This document shows positions 1 to 6,566 of a stretch of DNA of 22,413 nt, one piece after another (position 1 is the first letter of the stretch; each line of letters begins with the position of its first letter). The notes under the pieces are model-generated. The model was not told the origin of the DNA. It saw only the letters and a list, made by a program, of their open reading frames with translations, and ran no database searches. The DNA is from Trueperaceae bacterium (GTDB lineage: Bacteria; Deinococcota; Deinococci; Deinococcales; Trueperaceae), in assembly GCA_040905465.1 (NCBI GenBank), contig JBBDRK010000051.1, forward strand, positions 3,919 through 26,331. The letters are read 5' to 3'. A program made the translations under genes and the position numbers.

Positions 1-743
1 GTAGCAACCTTTTGATACTGGAAGGTGCGACTGTACAGCAGGATATAGAAACCGATACCGCCGGCACCGACCAATCCCAGAATCTCCGCTTCACGGATGT
101 TGAGTTCCAGCCTGAACAGGCTGTCACGTGCCAGGTCGGGCGCGATCTGACTCAATACCCCGTAGCGAATCTTTTGTAACCAGGTTGCCCCGGCGCTGTC
201 CAATGCCTCCAGGGGGCCCGGGCGCGCGTTTTCGAAGGCTTCGGCATAGAACTTGCTGAGCATTCCGGTCGAGTGGAGAGCGACAGCCAACACGCCTGGG
301 AGCGGACCGAGTCCCAGGGCACTCACGAACAGTAGGGCCAGCAGTATCACCGGTATTGCCCGGAGCGTCGTCAGGACCGATCTCAACGGCAGGTGTAACC
401 ACCTTGGCGTGAGGTTTGTGGCTGCCAGCAATCCGATGGGGAACGAGATCAAGATGCTGCAGAAGGTTCCCAGGAATGCGATCTGCAGTGTTTCAGCGAC
501 GGCCAGCATGGCGGTGTCTGCAATCGACAGGTCGGGAGGGGTCGCACGGCCGATGAAGTCGGCGACACGCGCCGGACTGCTGCGCAGTACGTCGCTTCGT
601 ACATCGAGATTGCTGATCGCCCACGCGACCAACAGCAGCAAGACGGCGAGTCCGCTATAGCGGAGAAGGCTTTGCCGCATGGTGGGCTGTGGATACGGCG
701 CTGACGCAAAACGTTCTTGCGAATCACGGTCCATGTTGCTCAC
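1..743 (-). CDS. phnE: PhnE-like ABC transporter permease (3' end truncated by window edge)
   Basis: Not in the ORF track; translated manually. GTG at 743 overlaps the phnC stop (GTGA). The frame stays open to the edge: MSNMDRD...AVAETLQIAFLGT...LRAIPVILLALLFVSALGLGPLPGVLAVALHSTGMLSKFYAEAFE...EALDSAGA...FRLELNIREAEILGLVGAGGIG. These are typical PhnE/PtxC motifs including the EAA loop. Substrate uncertain. Confidence 0.92.
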   Translation of the reverse strand, partial: MSNMDRDSQERFASAPYPQPTMRQSLLRYSGLAVLLLLVAWAISNLDVRSDVLRSSPARVADFIGRATPPDLSIADTAMLAVAETLQIAFLGTFCSILISFPIGLLAATNLTPRWLHLPLRSVLTTLRAIPVILLALLFVSALGLGPLPGVLAVALHSTGMLSKFYAEAFENARPGPLEALDSAGATWLQKIRYGVLSQIAPDLARDSLFRLELNIREAEILGLVGAGGIGFYILLYSRTFQYQKVA

Positions 744-1513
744 GGCTCCTCTGCGGCCGACTCGACCTCGCCCTCGTAGACTGCCCGAATCGCCGCTTCG
801 CTCAATGTGTCTGCTCGCTCGTCGAGGACGACGCGCCCCGCGCGCAGGCCGATGATCCGGCTGGCGTAACGGCGCGCCAGGTCGGGTTGATGCAGGCTCA
901 TCACCAGGGTAGCGGTTCGTCCCTTGCTTACTTCTATCAGCAGATTCAGGGCGTCGTCGGCGAGCGCTGGATCGAGGCTGCTGACGGGCTCGTCCGCGAG
1001 AATGATCTCGGGTTCTTGGGCCAGCACCCGGGCTATGGCCACGCGCTGCTGCTGTCCGCCGCTGAGCGTATCGCATCGCTGCGCCGCTTGATCCCGCAAA
1101 GCGACTTCATCGACCGCCTGCATGGCGATATTCTTGTCGTGCCTACTGAAGTGGCCGAACAAACTCGCCACTGCATGTGCGTGTCCTAACCGTCCCCAAA
1201 GCACATTCTCGAAAACCGTCGCCCGCTCGACCAGGTTGAAGCTCTGGAATACGAAGCCCACCCGAACGTCGTGGCGGCGGGCATTGGGCGCGGTCTTTTC
1301 GTATCCCAGAACGTGCAGGCTGCCAGTGGCCGAGTGCACATAGCCATTGATCAGGCGCAGGAGTGTCGTTTTGCCGGCACCACTGGAGCCGATGAGCGCG
1401 ACACGCTCACCCTGAGGGATGGTGAGGCGATCGATATCGAGGACCGCCTTGCCAGGATCGTCGTAGTAAACCTGGATGCCCGACAGAGCGATTGCTTCGG
1501 CAGCAGTCTGCAC
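740..1513 (-). CDS. phnC: PhnC-like ABC transporter ATP-binding protein
   Basis: Walker [11 protein letters not shown]-loop FQSFNLVER, PhnC-typical NVLWGRLG, signature [13 protein letters not shown], Walker [14 protein letters not shown]-loop SLHQ. Confidence 0.93.
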   Translation of the reverse strand: MQTAAEAIALSGIQVYYDDPGKAVLDIDRLTIPQGERVALIGSSGAGKTTLLRLINGYVHSATGSLHVLGYEKTAPNARRHDVRVGFVFQSFNLVERATVFENVLWGRLGHAHAVASLFGHFSRHDKNIAMQAVDEVALRDQAAQRCDTLSGGQQQRVAIARVLAQEPEIILADEPVSSLDPALADDALNLLIEVSKGRTATLVMSLHQPDLARRYASRIIGLRAGRVVLDERADTLSEAAIRAVYEGEVESAAEEP

Positions 1514-1525
1514 CTGAGGATGGTA
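1514..1525 (-). promoter_or_regulatory. Putative leaderless -10 element (TACCAT-N6-GTG) for phnC-phnE
   Basis: The minus strand reads TACCAT cctcag GTG with no Shine-Dalgarno. This matches the TANNNT-N5-7-start arrangement of leaderless genes. A small GC hairpin at 1551-1565 follows the phnD stop. Confidence 0.5.
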
Positions 1526-1566
1526 GGCGATTGCCGGTCCTTGCCCGGCCCGCCGCCCTGCGGCGT

Positions 1567-2487
1567 TTATTCGCCCTGCTCTACTTCCGCCACTAGTCCG
1601 TAACGCCGGGCAAGGTCACGGACGCCGTCGTATGCACTGTCCTCCACCCGAACGTAGCCATCCGGACTGTAGACGTACTGGAGCAGATGGCGATAGTCGG
1701 GTTCGTTGAGTTTCAGCATCGCCACCGTAAAAGTCTCGGCGAGCTCGGGTGAAAACCCTCGGCGCGCGATCACAGCGTGCGACGGAATGGGATCGGACTC
1801 GGCGATCCAACGGATCTGCTGCAGTTGGTCGGGGCGCAAGGAAACAGTGACATACTCGCTTGCTCCCGCGGCATCGACGAAACCGTTGATCACGCTTTCG
1901 ACTGCCTGCTGATAACCGCCCGCGAAGTAGACATTTCCAAAGAACTCCTGCGGATCGTCGCCGGCTTGCAGCAGCCCCGCTTGGACTAAGATATCCAACG
2001 GATAGAGATACCCGGACTCGGAAATGGGGTCCGCAAAGGCGACGCTGCGCCCCCGTAGGTCCTCGATCGTCTCGATGTCGCTGTCCGCGCGTACGAATAT
2101 GCGGCCGTGATACACGTCGTTTCCGCGGTAAACCTCTCCCAGTATCACCTCGGCACCTGCCAGTTCATGTGCCAAGACGTAAGGCAAGCCTCCCATGAAC
2201 GAGATGTCCGCGGTGCAATTACGCAGCGCTTCCACTGCCGCTGCATGGTCCAGCGCGACGAAGCCATCTACCGGTACACCCAGTTCCTGCTCGAGGTAGT
2301 CGCTGATGACTTCTACATCGTCGACCAGTTTTTCAGGGTTCTCTTGGGGAATGTATGCGAGCGTCAGCGGGCGCGAGGGGCCAACTTCAATGTCCAGACA
2401 GTCGGATGATTGAGCCGCCGCACCTGATAGTCCAACGGTTACGAGCACCACCATCAGTACCCTGGTGCATCTGCCATGTTGCTGCAT
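1567..2487 (-). CDS. PhnD/PtxB-family substrate-binding protein with atypical ligand-site residues
   Basis: Signal peptide; PhnD-fold motifs YLEQELGVPV, AVEALR, YHGRIFVRADSDIETIEDLRG, FADPISESGYLYP, SDPIPSHAVIAR; GGAGG RBS upstream; adjacent to phnC/phnE. Confidence 0.9.
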   Translation of the reverse strand: MQQHGRCTRVLMVVLVTVGLSGAAAQSSDCLDIEVGPSRPLTLAYIPQENPEKLVDDVEVISDYLEQELGVPVDGFVALDHAAAVEALRNCTADISFMGGLPYVLAHELAGAEVILGEVYRGNDVYHGRIFVRADSDIETIEDLRGRSVAFADPISESGYLYPLDILVQAGLLQAGDDPQEFFGNVYFAGGYQQAVESVINGFVDAAGASEYVTVSLRPDQLQQIRWIAESDPIPSHAVIARRGFSPELAETFTVAMLKLNEPDYRHLLQYVYSPDGYVRVEDSAYDGVRDLARRYGLVAEVEQGE

Positions 2488-2511
2488 CGTATGTCCTCCA
2501 TCCGTTACGCG

Positions 2512-4434
2512 TTATCTCAGTACAGGGCCGTACTCTTCGACCAGCTCTTCGTACTCTTCGTACCGGGATTCTGCCAGTGCCCAGTCATCCTGTTCGATCG
2601 CCGCTTTGATCTCATCCAGTTTGTCGGCGACTTCGAACACCAGCCCAGCGTTGCCGTAATCTTGCAGGCCGCTGGAATCGGCACGCAGGTCCGGAGCGAC
2701 AGTGTCGATCAGCAGGCGCGCGTGAAAGGAGTCCTGCCGCGGAATCAACATCGATCCCAATGTCGTCGCAAATGTTGTCAACTCCCCCCAAGCCAGCTGG
2801 AACGGCGTATTCTCGTCGTCGAAGACTTCATAGGGTTCATCGGCCGCCCCGACGGTCCGCAAGTACTCGGACAAGTCCGCGAGTTGCTGGTCGTCCAAAT
2901 CCATCTGGAAGCGCCTGTTCTTCCAGTTGGCTACATCTTCCAGTGTCGCCAGTGAGCCGTCGTGGAAATACGGGGATGTGTACGCGGAGTTGAGCAGAGT
3001 CGGCGTCTCAAGGTAGTTCGCGAAGCCATAGTCACCGCTCGCATCGTTGATCGAGCCGATATTCCACTGCTCGCCGTCGGCGAACAGAGAACCCTGGGTG
3101 TGGCAGGCGGCGCAGGACATGCCGCCCATCATGCCCTCGTAGGGCGTTTCAAAGATGACCTGACCACGGCGCGCGCTCTCGGACGCACGTTCGGTGAGCG
3201 TCCCATCCGCGTTCAGATAGGAGTTCGGCAGGAAATCGAACTCGAGCACATACGCAACCAACGCGTCGAGCATGAACTCGGTCGGTTCCGGACCGCCGAA
3301 CTCTTGAACGTGGACATTTCGAAGGAAGGCGCGCAGGCTGCCGAAGCGCCCGTCGCGGCCATAAGGGGCGGTGAAACGCAGCCCTCGTAGCGACGGTATG
3401 TCCAAGGAGTCGCTGCGTTGATCATTGAAGTACGGGTTGAAGAAAGCCCCATCGACGTCGACCGCCCCTGGTTGATGGCTGATGCCGGGAATGAAGAATG
3501 ACCGGTTGATGTCACTGCGGTTGTGGCAGGTCGCACAGGCAAGGCCGATGCTGCGCGCCGGCCCACCAAAAACCTCCGGTGAGTCGAACACCATGTCCCC
3601 GAAAGCTACCAGCGGGATGTCGGCTTCATCGAATCCGCGAGCCTCGAAGTTCAGCCGCAGTAGGGGCAATGGAACCTGGTCGTTGAGGTTGGTGCCGGGG
3701 GGCGTCCATACGGGGATGGCGGCATTCTCGGCGGTCACCGGGATGGGAGCAAAGCGCTGTCCGACGGGGGTGTCGGTCACGAAGCCGCCATCTTCGAAGT
3801 TGGTGATGAGGTAAGGCTCGATGACTGCCTTGGCGGCAGCGAATTGGCCCGGGTCAGCTGCTGTTCCGCCCAAGCCAACGATGCCCGCATTGCCTGCGCT
3901 GTGGGCCATATCCAGCCAGGCGCGACCCAGCGACCCGAAGGCTTCCGGGTCTGCCTCGCTGATGAAGTCCTGACCGAAGGCGCGATAGACTTGTTGGGCC
4001 GCGAGCACGTCCTGCAGTGCCGCGCCGGGTGACGAAAGCTTTTCTTCGGCCTGGCTGACATAGAATCGTACTGTTTGGGAGACGGCACGAGTCGTAGCAT
4101 CGAATAGGGCGCTAGGGTTCTGCTTGCCGATCGCCTGTTCGATAGGCACGACCAGCGTTGAGTCGAAGGCGTCCTCGACCGATTCGAGAGCTTCAAGAAC
4201 CGAAGCGAACGGGTAGCCTTCTTCCGAAATGCTCGCCGTGTACTCTCGTTCCACGAGGTCCCAATCGATCTGAGGCCCCAGGTTCAAGTAAAACGTACTG
4301 CGCAAATAGGCGGCGGCTACCGGATGCCACGGCTGTGCCGGCACAATATCTGCAAAGACGGTGTAGGTACCCATTCCCATAGCCAGGAGACAGAACAGAA
4401 TCAGTAGACGTCTCGGAGCACCTTGCCTCAGCAT
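2512..4434 (-). CDS. Secreted di-heme cytochrome c, bacterial cytochrome c peroxidase/MauG superfamily-like, with extra N- and C-terminal helical domains
   Basis: N-terminal signal peptide; two CxxCH motifs (CATCH at 3523-3537, CAACH at 3100-3114); bCcP-like motifs PSLRGLRFTAPYGRDGR and ETPTLLNSAYTSPYFHDGSLATLEDV; AAGGAAGGA RBS. Confidence 0.85.
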   Translation of the reverse strand: MLRQGAPRRLLILFCLLAMGMGTYTVFADIVPAQPWHPVAAAYLRSTFYLNLGPQIDWDLVEREYTASISEEGYPFASVLEALESVEDAFDSTLVVPIEQAIGKQNPSALFDATTRAVSQTVRFYVSQAEEKLSSPGAALQDVLAAQQVYRAFGQDFISEADPEAFGSLGRAWLDMAHSAGNAGIVGLGGTAADPGQFAAAKAVIEPYLITNFEDGGFVTDTPVGQRFAPIPVTAENAAIPVWTPPGTNLNDQVPLPLLRLNFEARGFDEADIPLVAFGDMVFDSPEVFGGPARSIGLACATCHNRSDINRSFFIPGISHQPGAVDVDGAFFNPYFNDQRSDSLDIPSLRGLRFTAPYGRDGRFGSLRAFLRNVHVQEFGGPEPTEFMLDALVAYVLEFDFLPNSYLNADGTLTERASESARRGQVIFETPYEGMMGGMSCAACHTQGSLFADGEQWNIGSINDASGDYGFANYLETPTLLNSAYTSPYFHDGSLATLEDVANWKNRRFQMDLDDQQLADLSEYLRTVGAADEPYEVFDDENTPFQLAWGELTTFATTLGSMLIPRQDSFHARLLIDTVAPDLRADSSGLQDYGNAGLVFEVADKLDEIKAAIEQDDWALAESRYEEYEELVEEYGPVLR

Positions 4435-4543
4435 CTGATTTTCCTTCCTTCCGCGCCATTGAAGAACGAGTCACGAATCAGGTACGAAGCCGCCGCGAGA
4501 ACCGAGGCGGACCTGCAGTAACGCTGGCCGGCTCGAATCCGGT

Positions 4544-5218
4544 TCATTCGATGACTTCGCCGCGTACCAGGGTGGCGAGCTCCTTGGAGATCACGACTCT
4601 TCTGCCGCCGATCTCGATGTGGAGTAACCCGCCGAGTGGTTCCCGTTCGAGTACCAGCACGCGCTGACCCGGATGAATCCCGAGCTTGGCGAGGTAGGCG
4701 AGGACGTCCGCGTCCTGGGTCCGCAGCCGTGAGAGCAGCAGGGCCGCGCCGATATCGACCGCGGTGAGGGGCGTGTTGGGTGTGTTGGGCAAGTTGCCAT
4801 CGAGGCTGGGGATGGGGTCGCCGTGCGGGTCGTGCGTCGGGTGATCGAGTAGTGCCGCCAGGCGTTCGGTAAAGCGATCCGAAATGACGTGCTCTATCAC
4901 TTCGGCCTCGTCGTGGACCTCGTCCCAGGAGTAGCCGAGATGCTCGATCATGAACGTCTCGAGCAGACGATGCCGCCGCATGAGCCGGAGGGCTTCGCGC
5001 TCGCCTTGTTCAGTGAGCCGTACGCCGCGGTAGCGTTCGTACTCGATTAGTCCGCTGTCCTGCAGGCGGGCGAGCATCGCGGAGACGGAGGGAGATGAGA
5101 CGCCGAGTACCTCAGCAATGGCGTTCGTTGAGGCGGGTTTGCTGTTGGAAACGGTCCAGATGGCCTTGAGGTAATCCCCGACCGAGGTTGAGAGGTGGGC
5201 ATCTTGAGATATAGACAT
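4544..5218 (-). CDS. mntR: DtxR/MntR-family metal-dependent transcriptional repressor with C-terminal FeoA/SH3-like domain
   Basis: GDYLKAI, HTH (IAEVLGVSSPSVSAMLARL), RRHRLLETF, VHDEAEVIEH, PTHDPHGDPIP and a FeoA-like tail. Asp in DYLK and Glu in EAEVIEH are the Mn-type ligands, rather than the Met/Cys of iron-sensing DtxR. Start moved to ATG 5218 because the listed TTG lies at the -10 element. Confidence 0.92.
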   Translation of the reverse strand: MSISQDAHLSTSVGDYLKAIWTVSNSKPASTNAIAEVLGVSSPSVSAMLARLQDSGLIEYERYRGVRLTEQGEREALRLMRRHRLLETFMIEHLGYSWDEVHDEAEVIEHVISDRFTERLAALLDHPTHDPHGDPIPSLDGNLPNTPNTPLTAVDIGAALLLSRLRTQDADVLAYLAKLGIHPGQRVLVLEREPLGGLLHIEIGGRRVVISKELATLVRGEVIE

Positions 5219-5223
5219 GTCTA
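5212..5223. promoter_or_regulatory. Perfect palindrome TAGACATGTCTA, candidate MntR/DtxR operator
   Basis: 12-bp AT-rich perfect inverted repeat covering the predicted transcription start and the ATG of the regulator. It resembles TTAG...CTAA boxes of DtxR-family repressors. Confidence 0.7.
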
Positions 5224-5229
5224 AACTCA

Positions 5230-5258
5230 ACTATAGGGGAGACTTCTATTTCTGTCAA
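5230..5258 (-). promoter_or_regulatory. Sigma70-type promoter of the mntR operon
   Basis: Minus strand TTGACA (5253-5258) - 17 nt - TATAGT (5230-5235), 11 nt before the ATG. Confidence 0.8.
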
Positions 5259-5357
5259 TGTCGGCCCGGTGCACCCGACTTCGCAGAGCATGAAAGAGGG
5301 TCGTGGCATCCTCGTGACTCCCCGGCCGGTATCTCCACCGCCTGGTTACCGGCCACT

Positions 5358-5386
5358 TTGAATCGCCGGCGACTCGCTGGTATCGT
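5358..5386 (+). promoter_or_regulatory. Putative divergent sigma70-type promoter
   Basis: TTGAAT (5358-5363) - 17 nt - TATCGT (5381-5386) with an extended TG, upstream of the ORF at 5439. Confidence 0.5.
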
Positions 5387-5438
5387 TGGGGCAACAGCTG
5401 TCTCGATCGGCGCAACTGGAAGGAGGGCAAAGGAAGTC

Positions 5439-5828
5439 GTGTTCGCACTAGCTACACCGCGATCGGGTCCTCTTCGCGAGGATCTCGTGAGGCGGCGAGC
5501 GGGCCAACTTCTAGCCGCCCTCCTCCTACTGTTGCTGTCCGGGCTGCCGCAGGTCGGCATCTCCGTCAGTAGCCTCGAACTGAGCGAAGAGCGCCTGCAG
5601 TCGGTGCCGGTCACTCGCTCGCTGCTGCTGGACAAGCTGCTTCCTGAGAGCACGTCGCTGACGCCGCCCCTGAACTCGAATTTCCCGCCGCTGCTCTCGG
5701 CGCCACCTGCTGCGCTCTCGCTACCTGTTCCAGCCAGTCACTACGCCGACAACGATACTCACAGACCGGCATGGTGGCTGCTTGACCTCATGTCCAACCT
5801 CTATCGACATCGATCCAACTACATCTAG
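5439..5828 (+). CDS. Hypothetical protein with N-terminal hydrophobic segment and Pro/Ser/Leu-rich body
   Basis: GTG after AAGGAGGG/AAGGA; RRR followed by LLAALLLLLLSG (signal or TM segment). Alternative start GTG 5487. No family recognised. Confidence 0.4.
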   Translation: MFALATPRSGPLREDLVRRRAGQLLAALLLLLLSGLPQVGISVSSLELSEERLQSVPVTRSLLLDKLLPESTSLTPPLNSNFPPLLSAPPAALSLPVPASHYADNDTHRPAWWLLDLMSNLYRHRSNYI

Positions 5829-5904
5829 ACAGGTTACCCAGCGACCGACGAGACTCATCGCGTTTCAACGGCTCCCGCTTTCACGGCGGCGGCAAGGGGT
5901 AACC

Positions 5905-6057
5905 ATGACAACAGCAGACATTCGCAACAACGAGCCGGGCGTAGCTACCGCGGCACATTCGCCAACTGGCATCGTTCCAGCCTGCGGGGCGTTCCGCCAC
6001 CGAATCTGTACCAGTGCCGACGCGACCTTCAACATATTCCCGGGATGCGGTCGATGA
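5905..6057 (+). CDS. Putative 50-aa small protein (3 Cys, 2 His)
   Basis: AAGGGGT RBS then ATG 5905; the stop overlaps the next ATG (ATGA at 6054-6057). Confidence 0.35.
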   Translation: MTTADIRNNEPGVATAAHSPTGIVPACGAFRHRICTSADATFNIFPGCGR

Positions 6058-6437
6058 AGGGGCTCGATGTAGGCAACCTTCAGAAGGATGCGGTGACGCA
6101 AGGTGCCGAAACCGGAGAGGCGCGGCTTGCCGGTCTGCCGGGCCGGGGAACGCTGCAAGTGTGGCGAGGCCGCAGGCACGACGTAATTCGGATCCTGGGG
6201 ACCTGGCGGCGGCAGCAGAATTCCGATGACCTGGCGACGCTTCGAGAAGCGATGGAGAGCGCCCAGCCGATCATCTACGAAGGCTTCCTCGATGACCCGG
6301 CAAACGTCGACCGGCAGGAGGTGCGGGCAGAGGTCGTGGTCTCCTCCATCAGCTCCTATCAACTCGGTGGACGCGGCGAAGAACCGTACTGCTTCGTGAA
6401 CTTCCTGCCGCGCGAACCCGAGGAGGTGGCAACCTGA
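6054..6437 (+). CDS. Hypothetical protein (127 aa)
   Basis: Protein-like composition and GC3-rich codons; ATGA coupling to the upstream small ORF (alternative start 6045). Confidence 0.55.
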   Translation: MKGLDVGNLQKDAVTQGAETGEARLAGLPGRGTLQVWRGRRHDVIRILGTWRRQQNSDDLATLREAMESAQPIIYEGFLDDPANVDRQEVRAEVVVSSISSYQLGGRGEEPYCFVNFLPREPEEVAT

Positions 6438-6440
6438 CCT

Positions 6441-6566
6441 GCCTCGGACGCCGGCTTGCCACAGCAGCCGGCTGAACAGTCTCGAAACCGGCCTCTGCTA
6501 GCCTGGAGGCCACATGTGCGGCGGAACCCTATCGGGCGTTCCGCCGCCCGTCTCGACTGCGAGGCC
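6441..6566 (+). promoter_or_regulatory. Multi-stem structured leader overlapping the antiporter RBS and start (candidate cis-regulatory RNA)
   Basis: Complementary pairs: 6441-6446/6560-6565, 6450-6456/6466-6472, 6477-6481/6555-6559, 6490-6495/6506-6511 and a 10-bp perfect stem 6518-6527/6538-6547. Confidence 0.35.

Noticed and set aside
1-2487. Straight annotation as a phosphonate/phosphite utilisation operon
   Set aside because: Fold-level assignment only. The ligand motifs are altered, the regulator is a metal sensor, and no catabolic genes are visible, although genes beyond the left edge cannot be seen.
5324-5354. 8-bp stem GGCCGGTA/TACCGGCC between the divergent promoters
   Set aside because: No U-tract or other context to assign a function; plausible by chance in GC-rich DNA.
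5439-6437. ORFs 5439-5828 and 6054-6437 are in the same frame separated by a single TAG (readthrough or pseudogene?)
   Set aside because: The intervening translation is not protein-like, open frames are common at this GC content, and a better-supported RBS/ATG exists in another frame at 5905.
6511-6518. CACATGTG palindrome over the antiporter ATG, sharing the ACATGT core with the mntR operator
   Set aside because: It lacks the outer TAG/CTA arms; an 8-bp palindrome is readily explained by chance.
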